Part shown: piece by piece, positions 1 through 9,320 of the stretch
Position numbering within the stretch: the stretch's first letter is position 1
Layout: each line of letters begins with the position of its first letter
From: a virus
Taxonomy: Duplodnaviria > Heunggongvirae > Uroviricota > Caudoviricetes
Virus record (IMG/VR): IMGVR_UViG_2737471828_000010
Coordinates: 1 to 12,573 of that record
Length of the DNA: 12,573 nucleotides
Reading direction: 5' to 3' (one strand)
Made by a program: the position numbers and the translations under genes
Notes under the pieces: model-generated
The model's database searches: none
What the model was told of the DNA's origin: nothing
Seen by the model: only the letters and a program-made list of their open reading frames with translations

Positions 1-603
1 GCAGCCACGCAGACCTTTGATGGTATTGCACAGAATATGGCGGCGATGCTGACCGGCAGTGAGCAGAACTGGCGCAGCTTCACCCGTTCCGTGCTGTCCA
101 TGATGACAGAAATTCTGCTTAAGCAGGCAATGGTGGGGATTGTCGGGAGTATCGGCAGCGCCATTGGCGGGGCTGTTGGTGGCGGCGCATCCGCGTCAGG
201 CGGTACAGCCATTCAGGCCGCTGCGGCGAAATTCCATTTTGCGTCCGGGGGATTTACGGGAACCGGCGGCAAATATGAGCCAGCGGGGATTGTTCACCGT
301 GGTGAGTTTGTCTTCACGAAGGAGGCAACCAGCCGGATTGGCGTGGGAAATCTTTACCGGCTGATGCGCGGCTATGCCACCGGCGGTTATGTCGGTGGCA
401 CCGGAAGTCCGGCGCAAATGCGGCGTTCAGAGGGTATCAGATTTGAGCAGAACAACAACGTGGTGATTCAGAACGACGGTACGAATGGTCTGCCAGGTCC
501 ACAAATGCTGAAGGCGGTGTATGACATGGCCCGCAAGGGTGCCCGTGATGAAATTCAGGCACAGATGCGTGATGGTGGTCAGTTCTCCGGAGGTGGACGA
601 TGA
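1..603 (+). CDS. H: Tail tape measure protein, C-terminal fragment (5' end lies upstream of the window)
   Basis: The frame is open from base 1 with no stop before 601..603; the first in-frame ATG at 37 is not the true start. The Gly-rich C-terminal translation (...GGYVGGTGSPAQMRRSEG...KAVYDMARKGARDEIQAQMRDGGQFSGGGR) matches my recollection of the lambda gpH C-terminus. Its stop overlaps the M start (ATGA at 600..603). Confidence 0.9.
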   Translation, partial: AATQTFDGIAQNMAAMLTGSEQNWRSFTRSVLSMMTEILLKQAMVGIVGSIGSAIGGAVGGGASASGGTAIQAAAAKFHFASGGFTGTGGKYEPAGIVHRGEFVFTKEATSRIGVGNLYRLMRGYATGGYVGGTGSPAQMRRSEGIRFEQNNNVVIQNDGTNGLPGPQMLKAVYDMARKGARDEIQAQMRDGGQFSGGGR

Positions 604-929
604 AAACCTTTCGCTGGAAAGTGAAACCCGGCATGGATGTGGCTTCGGCCCCTTCCGTCAGGGAAGTGCGCTTTGGTGATGGCTATTCCCAGCGAGCGCC
701 TGCCGGACTGAATGCCGACCTGAAAACGTACAGCGTGACGCTTTCTGTTCCTCGTAAGGAGGCCACGGCGCTGGAGTCGTTTCTGGCAGAGCACGGAGGC
801 TGGAAAGCCTTTCTGTGGACGCCGCCTTATGGTTACAGGCAGATAAAGGTGACCTGCGCAAAATGGACGTCGCGGGTCAGTATGTTGCGTGTTGAGTTCA
901 GCGCAGAGTTTAAACAGGTGGTGAACTGA
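600..929 (+). CDS. M: Tail tip assembly protein M
   Basis: 109 aa, the same length as lambda gpM, and near-identical from the first residues (MKTFRWKVKPGMDVAS...VEFSAEFKQVVN). Start overlaps the H stop and the stop overlaps the L start (TGATG at 927..931), consistent with translational coupling. Confidence 0.93.
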   Translation: MKTFRWKVKPGMDVASAPSVREVRFGDGYSQRAPAGLNADLKTYSVTLSVPRKEATALESFLAEHGGWKAFLWTPPYGYRQIKVTCAKWTSRVSMLRVEFSAEFKQVVN

Positions 930-1627
930 TGCAGGATATCCGGCAGGAAACACTGAATGAATGCACCCGTGCGGAGCAGTCGGCCAGCGTGGTGCTCTGG
1001 GAAATCGACCTGACAGAGGTCGGTGGAGAACGTTATTTTTTCTGTAATGAGCAGAACGAAAAAGGTGAACCGGTCACCTGGCAGGGGCGGCAGTATCAGG
1101 CATACCCCATTCAGGGGAGCGGTTTTGAACTGAATGGCAAAGGGGCCAGCGCCAGACCAGTGCTGAGCGTGTCCAATCTGTATGGTCTGGTCACCGGGAT
1201 GGTGGAGGATTTGCAGAGTCTGGTTGGCGGAACGGTGGTCCGACGTAAGGTTTACGCCCGTTTTCTGGATGCGGTGAACTTCGTCAACGGAAACAGTGAC
1301 GCCGACCCGGAGCAGGAGGTGGTCAGCCGCTGGCGCATCGAGCAGTGTAGCGAACTGACGGCGGTTGGTGCCTCCTTTGTGCTGGCCACACCGACGGAAA
1401 CGGATGGCGCCGTTTTTCCGGGGCGCATCATGCTGGCCAACACCTGCACCTGGACCTATCGCGGCGATGAGTGCGGTTATCACGGTCCGGCGGTCGCGGA
1501 TGAATATGACCAGCCGACGTCCGATATCACGAAAGATAAATGCAGCAAATGCCTGAGCGGCTGTAAGTTTCGCAATAACATCGGTAACTTTGGCGGCTAC
1601 CTTTCCATTAACAAACTTTCGCAGTAA
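929..1627 (+). CDS. L: Tail tip assembly protein L
   Basis: 232 aa, the same length and closely similar sequence to lambda gpL as I recall it. Cysteine-rich C-terminus (CTWTYRGDECGYHG...CSKCLSGC), consistent with the Fe-S cluster described for gpL. Confidence 0.93.
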   Translation: MQDIRQETLNECTRAEQSASVVLWEIDLTEVGGERYFFCNEQNEKGEPVTWQGRQYQAYPIQGSGFELNGKGASARPVLSVSNLYGLVTGMVEDLQSLVGGTVVRRKVYARFLDAVNFVNGNSDADPEQEVVSRWRIEQCSELTAVGASFVLATPTETDGAVFPGRIMLANTCTWTYRGDECGYHGPAVADEYDQPTSDITKDKCSKCLSGCKFRNNIGNFGGYLSINKLSQ

Positions 1628-1632
1628 ATCCC

Positions 1633-2376
1633 ATGACACAGACAGAATCAGCGATTCTGGCGCACGCCCGGCGATGTGCGCCAGCGGAATCGTGCGGCTT
1701 CGTGGTGAGAACGCCGGAGGGGGACAGGTATTTACCCTGCGCGAATATTTCCGGTGAGCCGGAGGCGTATTTCCGGATGGCTCCGGAGGACTGGCTGCGG
1801 GCAGAAATGCAGGGTGAGATTGCGGCGCTGGTCCACAGTCACCCCGGTGCTCTGCCCTGGCTGAGTGAGGCCGACCGGCGGCTGCAGGTGCAGAGTGGTC
1901 TGCCGTGGTGGCTTGTCTGCCGGGGGGCGATTCACAAGTTCCGCTGTGTGCCGCATCTTACCGGGCGGCACTTTGAGCACGGGGTGACGGACTGTTATGC
2001 GCTGTTCCGGGATGCGTACCATCTGGCGGGGATTGCGCTGCCTGATTTTCATCGTGAGGATGACTGGTGGTGTCACGGTCAGAATCTCTATCTGGATAAC
2101 CTTGAAACACAGGGTTTTTACCGGGTCTCACCGCATGAGGCACAGGCAGGCGACGTGCTGCTGTGTTGTTTTGGCTCGCCTGTTGCCAATCATGCCGCCA
2201 TTTACTGTGGTGACGGCGAGCTGCTGCACCATATTCCTGAACAACTGAGCAAACGAGAGAGGTACACCGACAAATGGCAGCGACGCACACACTCCGTCTG
2301 GCGTCACCGGGCATGGCACGCATCTGCCTTTACGGGGATTTGCAACGATTTGGCCGCCGCATCGACCTGCGTGTGA
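1633..2376 (+). CDS. K: Tail assembly protein K (JAMM/MPN plus NlpC/P60 two-domain protein)
   Basis: 247 aa ORF with a JAMM-type motif H-x-H-x7-S-x2-D (HSHPGALPWLSEAD, residues 68-81) and a candidate upstream Glu in PAESCGF (residue 19), followed by an NlpC/P60-like Cys/His region (GVTDCY...NHAAIY). The classic 199-aa lambda K annotation would correspond to Met49 (nt 1777). No strong Shine-Dalgarno precedes 1633, so the exact start is uncertain. Confidence 0.85.
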   Translation: MTQTESAILAHARRCAPAESCGFVVRTPEGDRYLPCANISGEPEAYFRMAPEDWLRAEMQGEIAALVHSHPGALPWLSEADRRLQVQSGLPWWLVCRGAIHKFRCVPHLTGRHFEHGVTDCYALFRDAYHLAGIALPDFHREDDWWCHGQNLYLDNLETQGFYRVSPHEAQAGDVLLCCFGSPVANHAAIYCGDGELLHHIPEQLSKRERYTDKWQRRTHSVWRHRAWHASAFTGICNDLAAASTCV

Positions 2377-2951
2377 AAACGGGGGCAGAAGCCATCCGGG
2401 CGCTGGCCACACAGCTCCCTGCGTTTCGCCAGAAACTGAGCGACGGCTGGTATCAGGTGCGGATAGCAGGGAAAGATACAGGAGAGAGAGAGCTGTCTGC
2501 CCGTCTGCATGAGCCGCTTCCTGACGGCGCAGTGATACACCTGGTTCCTCGGACAGCCGGTGCTAAAAACGGCGGTGTTTTCCAGATTGTTCTGGGGGCT
2601 GTCGCCATTGCGGCTTCGTTTTTTACTGCAGGAGCCTCTCTGGCTATGTGGGGCGCCGCATTGAGTGCAACAACACTGAGCGCCACTACAGTCCTGTTTT
2701 CTCTCGGTGCCAGTATGATTCTGGGGGGTGTGGCGCAGATGCTGGCCCCGAAACCGAAAACGCCCCGCATGCAGACAACGGATAACGGTAAGCAGAATAC
2801 CTATTTTTCCTCACTGGATAACATGGTTGCCCAGGGCAATGTTCTGCCGGTTCTGTACGGTGAAATGCTCGTGGGATCGCGGGTGATTTCACAGGAAATC
2901 AGCACGGCTGATGAGGGGGGCGGCGGTCAGGTAGTGGTGATTGGTCGCTGA
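2274..2951 (+). CDS. I: Tail assembly protein I
   Basis: 225 aa, closely similar to lambda gpI (MAATHTL.LASPGMARICLYGDLQRFGRRIDLRVKTGAEAIRALATQLP...GGQVVVIGR). The start lies inside the 3' end of K (about 100 nt overlap, different frame), as in lambda. Confidence 0.9.
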   Translation: MAATHTLRLASPGMARICLYGDLQRFGRRIDLRVKTGAEAIRALATQLPAFRQKLSDGWYQVRIAGKDTGERELSARLHEPLPDGAVIHLVPRTAGAKNGGVFQIVLGAVAIAASFFTAGASLAMWGAALSATTLSATTVLFSLGASMILGGVAQMLAPKPKTPRMQTTDNGKQNTYFSSLDNMVAQGNVLPVLYGEMLVGSRVISQEISTADEGGGGQVVVIGR

Positions 2952-2968
2952 TGCAAATGTTTTATGTG

Positions 2969-2993
2969 AAACCGCCTCCGGGCGGTTTTTTTT
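2969..2993 (+). terminator. GC stem-loop followed by an 8-T run between I and J (intrinsic terminator or attenuator)
   Basis: aaaCCGCCtccgGGCGGtttttttt lies directly after the I stop (2949..2951) and before the J ribosome binding site (GGAGAG at 2996..3001). Confidence 0.5.
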
Positions 2994-3007
2994 ATGGAGA
3001 GTAAGTG

Positions 3008-6000
3008 ATGGGTAAAGGTGGCGGTAAGGCGCATACGCCCCGTGAAGCCAGAGATAACCTGAAATCCTCCCAGTTGCTGAGTGTGATTGACGCCATCAGT
3101 GAAGGACCGGTTTATGGTCCGGTTGACGGGCTGAAAAGTGTCCGCCTGAATGGTACGCCGGTACTGGACAGCGGGGGGAATACCAACTTTTCCGGTGTCA
3201 CGGTGGTGTTCCGTTCCGGTGAACAGGAGCAGACACCGCCGGAGGGGTTTGAATCCTCCGGCTCCGAGACGGTACTGGGTGCGGAAGTGAAATACGACAC
3301 GCCGATAACCCGGACCATCACGTCGGCAAACATCGACCGTCTGCGCCTGACCTTCGGGGTGCAGGCACTGGTGAAAACCACCTCAAAGGGGGACAGGGAG
3401 CCGTCGGAAGTCCGCCTGCTGGTTCAGATACAGCGTAATGGTGGCTGGGTGACGGAAAAAGACATCACCATTAAGGGCAAAACCACCTCGCAGTATCTGG
3501 CATCGGTGGTGGTGGATAACCTGCCGCCGCGCCCGTTTAATATCCGGATGCGCAGGATAACGCCGGACAGCACCACGGACCAGTTGCAGAACAAAACGGT
3601 CTGGTCGTCATACACCGAAATCATCGATGTGAAACAGTGCTACCCGAACACGGCACTGGTCGGTGTGCAGGTGGATTCTGAGCAGTTCGGCAGCCAGCAG
3701 GTGAACCGCACTTACCATTTTCGTGGTCGTATTCTGCAGGTTCCGTCGAACTATAACCCGCAGACGCGGCAATACAGCGGTATCTGGGACGGAACGTTAA
3801 AACCGGCATACAGCAACAACCCGGCCTGGTGTCTGTGGGATATGCTGACCCACCCGCGCTACGGCATGGGGAAACGTCTTGGTGCGGCAGATGTGGATAA
3901 ATGGGCGCTGTATGTCATCGGCCAGTACTGCGACCAGTCAGTGCCGGACGGTTTTGGCGGCACGGAGCCGCGCATCACCTGTAATGCCTGGCTGACCACA
4001 CAACGTAAGGCGTGGGATGTGCTCAGCGATTTCTGCTCGGCGATGCGCTGTATGCCGGTATGGAACGGGCAGACGCTGACGTTCGTGCAGGACCGGCCAT
4101 CGGATAAGGTGTGGACCTATAACCGCAGTAATGTGGCGATGCCGGGTGATGGCGCGCCGTTCCGCTACAGCTTCAGCGCCCTGAAGGACCGCCATAATGC
4201 CGTTGAGGTGAACTGGATTGACCCTGACAACGGCCAGGAGACGGCGACAGAGCTTGTGGAGGACACGCAGGCCATTGCCCGTTACGGTCGTAACGTCACG
4301 AAGATGGATGCCTTTGGCTGTACCAGTCGTGGGCAGGCGCACCGCGCCGGGCTGTGGCTGATTAAAACAGAACTGCTGGAAACGCAGACCGTGGACTTCA
4401 GCGTGGGTGCTGAAGGGCTTCGCCATGTACCGGGCGATGTCATTGAAATCTGCGATGATGACTATGCCGGTATCAGCACCGGCGGGCGCGTGCTGGCGGT
4501 AAACAGCCAGACCCGGACGCTGACGCTCGACCGTGAAATCACGCTGCCATCCTCCGGTACCACGCTGATAAGCCTGGTTGACGGAAGTGGCAATCCGGTC
4601 AGCGTGGAGGTCCAGTCCGTCACCGACGGCGTGAAGGTAAAAGTGAGCCGTGTTCCTGACGGCGTTGCAGAATACAGCGTGTGGGGGCTGAAGCTGCCGA
4701 CGCTGCGTCAGCGCCTGTTTCGCTGTGTGAGTATCCGTGAGAACGATGACGGCACGTATGCCATCACCGCCGTGCAGCATGTACCGGCAAAAGAGGCCAT
4801 CGTGGATAACGGGGCGCACTTTGACGGCGACCAGAGCGGCACGGTGAATGGTGTCACGCCGCCAGCGGTGCAGCACCTGACTGCCGAAGTCACCGCAGAC
4901 AGCGGGGAATATCAGGTGCTGGCGCGCTGGGACACGCCGAAGGTGGTGAAGGGGGTGAGCTTCCTGCTCCGTCTGACCGTAACAGCGGACGAAGGCAGTG
5001 AGCGGCTGGTCAGCACGGCCCGGACGACGGAAACCACATACCGCTTCACGCAACTGGCGCTGGGGAACTACAGGCTGACAGTCCGGGCGGTAAATGCGTG
5101 GGGACAGCAGGGCGATCCGGCATCGGTATCGTTCCGGATTGCCGTACCAGCAGCGCCGTCGCGGATTGAGCTGACACCGGGCTATTTTCAGATAACCGCC
5201 ACGCCGCATCTTGCGGTTTATGATCCGACGGTGCAGTTTGAGTTCTGGTTCTCGGAAAAGCGGATTGCGGATATCAGGCAGGTTGAAACCAGCGCGCGTT
5301 ATCTTGGTACGGCGCTGTACTGGATAGCCGCCAGTATCAATATCAAACCGGGCCATGATTATTACTTTTATATCCGCAGTGTGAACACCGTTGGCAAATC
5401 GGCATTCGTGGAGGCTGTTGGTCAGCCGAGTGATGATGCATCCGGTTATCTGGATTTTTTCAAAGGCGAGATAGGGAAAACCCATCTGGCTCAGGAGCTG
5501 TGGACGCAGATTGATAACGGTCAGCTTGCGCCTGACCTGGCTGAAATCAGGACGTCCATTACGGATGTCAGCAATGAAATCACACAGACCGTCAATAAGA
5601 AACTGGAAGACCAGAGTGCAGCGATCCAGCAGATACAGAAGGTTCAGGTTGATACAAATAATAATCTGAACAGCATGTGGGCTGTGAAGCTGCAACAGAT
5701 GAAGGACGGACGCCTTTATATTGCGGGTATCGGTGCCGGTATTGAGAATACGCCAGCAGGAATGCAGAGTCAGGTGCTGCTGGCGGCAGACAGGATTGCG
5801 ATGATTAATCCTGCGAATGGCAACACAAAGCCGATGTTTGTTGGTCAGGGTGATCAGATATTCATGAATGAAGTGTTCCTGAAATATCTGACGGCTCCCA
5901 CCATTACCAGTGGCGGTAATCCTCCGGCGTTTTCCCTGACTCCGGACGGGCGGCTGACGGCGAAAAATGCGGATATCAGCGGTAACGTGAACGCGAACTC

Positions 6001-6487
6001 CGGGACACTCAACAACGTCACGATAAATGAGAACTGCCGGATTCTGGGAAAACTGTCAGCCAACCAGATTGAAGGCGATATTGTTAAAACAGTGGGTAAG
6101 GCTTTTCCCCGGGACTCCCGGGCACCGGAGCGGTGGCCATCAGGGACCATTACCGTCAGGGTTTATGACGATCAGCCGTTTGACCGGCAAATTGTTATTC
6201 CGGCGGTGGCATTCAGTGGCGCTAAGCATGAGAGAGAGCATACTGATATTTACTCCTCATGCCGTCTGATAGTGCGGAAAAACGGTGCTGAAATTTATAA
6301 CCGTACCGCGCTGGATAATACGCTGATTTACAGTGGTGTTATTGATATGCCAGCAGGCAGAGGTGTAATGACACTGGAGTTTTCGGTATCAGCATGGCTG
6401 GTGAATAACTGGTATCCCACCGCAAGTATCAGCGATTTGCTGGTTGTGGTGATGAAAAAATCCACAGCCGGTATCACGATTAGCTGA
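3008..6487 (+). CDS. J: Tail tip / host specificity protein J (central tail fiber)
   Basis: About 1159 aa. The N-terminus [34 protein letters not shown]... and most of the length are closely similar to lambda gpJ as I recall it. The ORF track begins at GTG 3005, but ATG 3008 with GGAGAG 6 nt upstream is the more likely start. The last ~150 aa and a block near nt 5460-5700 diverge from lambda. Confidence 0.93.
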   Translation: MGKGGGKAHTPREARDNLKSSQLLSVIDAISEGPVYGPVDGLKSVRLNGTPVLDSGGNTNFSGVTVVFRSGEQEQTPPEGFESSGSETVLGAEVKYDTPITRTITSANIDRLRLTFGVQALVKTTSKGDREPSEVRLLVQIQRNGGWVTEKDITIKGKTTSQYLASVVVDNLPPRPFNIRMRRITPDSTTDQLQNKTVWSSYTEIIDVKQCYPNTALVGVQVDSEQFGSQQVNRTYHFRGRILQVPSNYNPQTRQYSGIWDGTLKPAYSNNPAWCLWDMLTHPRYGMGKRLGAADVDKWALYVIGQYCDQSVPDGFGGTEPRITCNAWLTTQRKAWDVLSDFCSAMRCMPVWNGQTLTFVQDRPSDKVWTYNRSNVAMPGDGAPFRYSFSALKDRHNAVEVNWIDPDNGQETATELVEDTQAIARYGRNVTKMDAFGCTSRGQAHRAGLWLIKTELLETQTVDFSVGAEGLRHVPGDVIEICDDDYAGISTGGRVLAVNSQTRTLTLDREITLPSSGTTLISLVDGSGNPVSVEVQSVTDGVKVKVSRVPDGVAEYSVWGLKLPTLRQRLFRCVSIRENDDGTYAITAVQHVPAKEAIVDNGAHFDGDQSGTVNGVTPPAVQHLTAEVTADSGEYQVLARWDTPKVVKGVSFLLRLTVTADEGSERLVSTARTTETTYRFTQLALGNYRLTVRAVNAWGQQGDPASVSFRIAVPAAPSRIELTPGYFQITATPHLAVYDPTVQFEFWFSEKRIADIRQVETSARYLGTALYWIAASINIKPGHDYYFYIRSVNTVGKSAFVEAVGQPSDDASGYLDFFKGEIGKTHLAQELWTQIDNGQLAPDLAEIRTSITDVSNEITQTVNKKLEDQSAAIQQIQKVQVDTNNNLNSMWAVKLQQMKDGRLYIAGIGAGIENTPAGMQSQVLLAADRIAMINPANGNTKPMFVGQGDQIFMNEVFLKYLTAPTITSGGNPPAFSLTPDGRLTAKNADISGNVNANSGTLNNVTINENCRILGKLSANQIEGDIVKTVGKAFPRDSRAPERWPSGTITVRVYDDQPFDRQIVIPAVAFSGAKHEREHTDIYSSCRLIVRKNGAEIYNRTALDNTLIYSGVIDMPAGRGVMTLEFSVSAWLVNNWYPTASISDLLVVVMKKSTAGITIS

Positions 6488-6505
6488 ATTTTATAATCCA
6501 TATAC

Positions 6506-6531
6506 TGGCGCCAGAAATGGCGCCTTTTTTA
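6506..6531 (+). terminator. Intrinsic terminator downstream of J
   Basis: Palindromic stem GGCGCC (6507..6512) / GGCGCC (6519..6524) with loop agaaat, followed by TTTTTT (6525..6530), 20 nt after the J stop. Confidence 0.65.
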
Positions 6532-6584
6532 TTGTTATTCCTGAATCCTCTCTTCCGGGGCTGACATTGACTTATGGAGTACAT

Positions 6585-8306
6585 ATGGCCGTACAGATAT
6601 CTGGTGTACTGAAAGACGGTGCGGGTAAACCGGTGCAGGCGTGTTCAATTGAATTGCGGTCCAGAAAAACGAGTCCGACGGTGATTGTGCACATTGTGGC
6701 GGAATGTATTACGGACAGTAACGGGCGGTATTTAATCGAAGCCGAGCCAGGATTTTATGATGTTTTTCTTCTCCGTGAAGGGTGGGCTCCGGTAAAAGCC
6801 GGTGAGATTTATGTCACACCGACGGATAAGCCGGATACGCTGAATGCATTTCTGGATGCTCCCAAAGATGGCGATTTGCGTCCTGAGGTGATGAAACGCT
6901 TTGAGATAATGGTGAATACCGTTATTACGCTGTCTGAGCAGGTTACCCGTGATAAGGAGGCAACAGGCGCAGACGCCGCGGCAGCGGCAGAATCGGCGTC
7001 CGCTGCCCGGGAAAGTGAAAGGAAATCGCAGAATTATGAGGTGCAGTCTCAGAAAAATGCAGAGTCTGCAGCCGGAAGTGCGCAGGAGGCCGGACAATAT
7101 GCTGTGGAGGCTGCACAGGCAAGAGATAATACGCAGACCCTTGCTGATGCGGTGCAGAAAAATGCAGAGGTTGTGGCAGAACAGCGTCAGCAGGTGAATA
7201 TACTGGCTGCAGAAATGGCAGAAAATGCCGGACAGGTTCAGCAGGATAAACAGGATACTGAGCGGCTGCTGGAGCAGGCACAACAGGCAGCCAGTGAGTC
7301 TTCAGCCAGTGCCGTGGAGTCGGGGACGCATGCCAGCGAAGCTGCACAGAGTGCACGGCAGGTAAGCAGTGATTTACAGAAGACGGTAACGGCACGTAAT
7401 GAGGCAGAGGGTTTTGCCACAGAGGCCGCCAGTCGTGCAGAAGAGAGTGCACAGATAAAAGCGCAGACGGAGTCCGTGGCTCTGAATGTTCAGCATGTGG
7501 CAGACAGTGTTGTGGCTGTAAGCCAGTCTGTGGAGCTACAGGCCGGGCAGGTGCAGCAACTGGTCAGCCAGGCGGAAGACAGTGCCACGACAGCAGGTGA
7601 ACATGAGCAGGGGGCACTGAAGGCACTGGAGGAGGCCAGGGAGATTGCAAAAACGCCAGGACCACAGGGAGAGCCAGGACCGCAGGGGGAGACCGGCCCA
7701 CAGGGCCCCAGTGGTGAAAAGGGAGAGAAAGGGGACCGGGGCGATACCGGGCCTCAGGGAGAAAAAGGTGAGAAAGGCGATAAAGGTGATACCGGTGCCC
7801 GGGGAGCTACCGGCCCACAGGGGCCTCAGGGACCCATGGGACCCAGCGGAGTTTACCCGGAAGACGGGATAAAGACTGCGAAAAAATTCACGGGTATTCT
7901 GGCTCATGGTTTTATGTATTCTGACCTTCAGTTTCCGTTGCTGAAATATAACCACTACCTTGCCTGTGAAGACCACCCCGTTCCGGGTGCCGCGGGAAAT
8001 TATTCGTATGGTCTGATGTGGCAGGTTCCGACGAATGAGAATGTTTCAGGTCAGATTTTCCTTAACTGTATGGGACAGGCATTCATCAGGGCTTACAGCG
8101 GACTGGGTACCACTTCATGGTGGCAGTTTGCCGGTCGTCCGGTAGCCGGTGGTGTGGGGAGTTACCTGTTCTGTGCTTCTCAGGATGCGGTCAGTTACGG
8201 AGATGAACTGGCCGGAGAGCGGCTTGACCCGGTACAGTCAGGAATATGGATGGCCTGCGGAAATGCAGAAGCTGAAGAGAAAATGCTTTTTCTGAGGGTG
8301 AAATAA
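6585..8306 (+). CDS. stf: Side tail fiber protein (Stf-like) with an Ala/Gln/Glu-rich shaft, a collagen-like tract and a distinct C-terminal domain
   Basis: N-terminus [24 protein letters not shown]... resembles the lambda Stf N-terminus ([17 protein letters not shown]...). ATG 6585 has GGAG 5 nt upstream; the track start TTG 6567 is less likely. Residues ~125-360 form a low-complexity A/Q/E/S-rich region, and the C-terminal ~150 aa is a globular-looking domain I cannot assign. Confidence 0.8.
   Translation: MAVQISGVLKDGAGKPVQACSIELRSRKTSPTVIVHIVAECITDSNGRYLIEAEPGFYDVFLLREGWAPVKAGEIYVTPTDKPDTLNAFLDAPKDGDLRPEVMKRFEIMVNTVITLSEQVTRDKEATGADAAAAAESASAARESERKSQNYEVQSQKNAESAAGSAQEAGQYAVEAAQARDNTQTLADAVQKNAEVVAEQRQQVNILAAEMAENAGQVQQDKQDTERLLEQAQQAASESSASAVESGTHASEAAQSARQVSSDLQKTVTARNEAEGFATEAASRAEESAQIKAQTESVALNVQHVADSVVAVSQSVELQAGQVQQLVSQAEDSATTAGEHEQGALKALEEAREIAKTPGPQGEPGPQGETGPQGPSGEKGEKGDRGDTGPQGEKGEKGDKGDTGARGATGPQGPQGPMGPSGVYPEDGIKTAKKFTGILAHGFMYSDLQFPLLKYNHYLACEDHPVPGAAGNYSYGLMWQVPTNENVSGQIFLNCMGQAFIRAYSGLGTTSWWQFAGRPVAGGVGSYLFCASQDAVSYGDELAGERLDPVQSGIWMACGNAEAEEKMLFLRVK
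7659..7850 (+). repeat. Collagen-like Gly-X-Y repeat tract (64 residues) inside the tail fiber gene
   Basis: Uninterrupted G-X-Y periodicity, [64 protein letters not shown], visible in the DNA as repeated ggN-ccN-cag and ggN-gaN-aaa units. Confidence 0.85.
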
Positions 8307-8917
8307 TGGATACCAGGAATTCAGAAGCGGACGTGCGCAATGCCCGTTTTAATGAAGACGGCAGCATTACCTGTGAGGTGTTCATGGCAGACCGTTCTGA
8401 TGACAGTCATCGGGTATATGTACCTTATACTGCCAGAGCTTCAGACCCGACAGAATTCGGGTTAAGGCTCTGGTCAGGACTGATATCAGGGGACCTTGGT
8501 GAAGTCACGCCGTTTGTGGTGACAGAGGAGATACTGGAAAAGGCCAGAAATCAGAAATACGGTGAAATCAGTCGCTGGCGTGACAGCCAGGAGAACAGCA
8601 GTTTTGTTTTTGAATTCAGTGGTCATCGCTGGGATGCCGGAAAGGCGTCACAGTCCAGACTGACACCTGTTGTTGCGGTGGCAGGAAACGGGCTGTTGCC
8701 GGAGCATTTTTTCTGGACGGATGCGGATAATCAGGATGTCACTCTGACGCCGGAAGAGCTGATACAACTGGATACTGCGATGAATGCGGCGATGGTGATG
8801 CAGGGGTTTAAAATCCACGAACGCCAGCGCCGGATGAAAGAAGAAGTGGCAGGGCTGACCGCACTGCCGGATATTCGTGCGTATCCTGTTGGCTGGCCGG
8901 AGGGTGATGATGAGTAA
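8306..8917 (+). CDS. Putative tail fiber assembly protein (Tfa-like chaperone)
   Basis: 203 aa ORF whose ATG overlaps the fiber stop (TAATG at 8304..8308), with a GAGGGTG ribosome binding site upstream. Position immediately after the fiber gene and a C-terminal segment (...TPEELIQLDTAMNAAMVMQGFKIHERQRRMKEEVAGLTALPDIRAYPVGWPE) reminiscent of Tfa C-termini. Assigned by context plus weak similarity. Confidence 0.6.
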   Translation: MDTRNSEADVRNARFNEDGSITCEVFMADRSDDSHRVYVPYTARASDPTEFGLRLWSGLISGDLGEVTPFVVTEEILEKARNQKYGEISRWRDSQENSSFVFEFSGHRWDAGKASQSRLTPVVAVAGNGLLPEHFFWTDADNQDVTLTPEELIQLDTAMNAAMVMQGFKIHERQRRMKEEVAGLTALPDIRAYPVGWPEGDDE

Positions 8918-9290
8918 GTTCACCACACCGGCCATTCTGGAGATGCTGGATGATTACCGCTGGCGGCTGGTTGAGCCGTTTGAATTCTGGCTGACGGATA
9001 ACCCGGATGATGTGATTTATGTTCCGGAGGGATATGTGACGGACCTTGCCAGTGTGCCACGGCTTCTGTGGGCTCTGTTCCCGCCGCATGGTCGTTATGC
9101 GAAAGCGGCGATTATTCATGACTGGCTGTATGACAATGCCCTGCGCACGAAGGCGGAAGCGGACAGGATATTTCTGGATGCGATGACGGTGCTGGGAGTT
9201 CCACGCTGGCGCAGACGGTTGATGTATCTTGCGGTAAGGTTGTTCGGGAAAGGGAAATACAGCGACACGCAACAGGGGACCTGTTGCTGA
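8907..9290 (+). CDS. DUF1353-like small protein (tail-fiber-associated, function unknown)
   Basis: About 127 aa from the ATG pair at 8907/8910, with GGAGGG at 8899..8904, overlapping the stop of the preceding gene. Translation MMSKFTTPAILEMLDDYRWRLVEPFEFWLTD...YVTDLASVPRLLWALFPPHGRYAKAAIIHDWLY resembles the DUF1353 signature as I remember it. The track start GTG 8877 is less likely. Confidence 0.55.
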   Translation: MMSKFTTPAILEMLDDYRWRLVEPFEFWLTDNPDDVIYVPEGYVTDLASVPRLLWALFPPHGRYAKAAIIHDWLYDNALRTKAEADRIFLDAMTVLGVPRWRRRLMYLAVRLFGKGKYSDTQQGTCC

Positions 9291-9320
9291 AAAAAGTCTG
9301 CCATACAGATGTATGGCAGA
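9290..9320 (-). terminator. Leftward intrinsic terminator candidate (H1)
   Basis: Perfect stem CTGCCATA (9298..9305) / TATGGCAG (9312..9319), flanked on the + strand 5' side by six A's, which gives a 3' U-run on the - strand transcript. Confidence 0.5.

Noticed and set aside
833-1639. 268-aa ORF on the - strand antisense to M and L
   Set aside because: Lies entirely within well-supported + strand tail genes in GC-rich DNA, where long antisense ORFs arise by chance. No ribosome binding site and no recognisable protein features.
3938-5695. 585-aa ORF on the - strand inside J
   Set aside because: Shadow ORF antisense to the lambda-like J coding sequence. The translation is Arg/Cys/His-rich and low complexity, typical of antisense GC-rich coding DNA.
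6732-7452. Two overlapping - strand ORFs (183 and 169 aa) inside the tail fiber gene
   Set aside because: Antisense to the fiber shaft region; the translations are repetitive Leu/Pro/Cys/His-rich artefacts of the opposite strand.
7659-7850. Regular short-period repeat considered as a possible CRISPR-like or tandem DNA repeat
   Set aside because: The periodicity is 9 nt Gly-X-Y coding repeats inside an open reading frame, not repeat-spacer architecture. No CRISPR array is present in the window.
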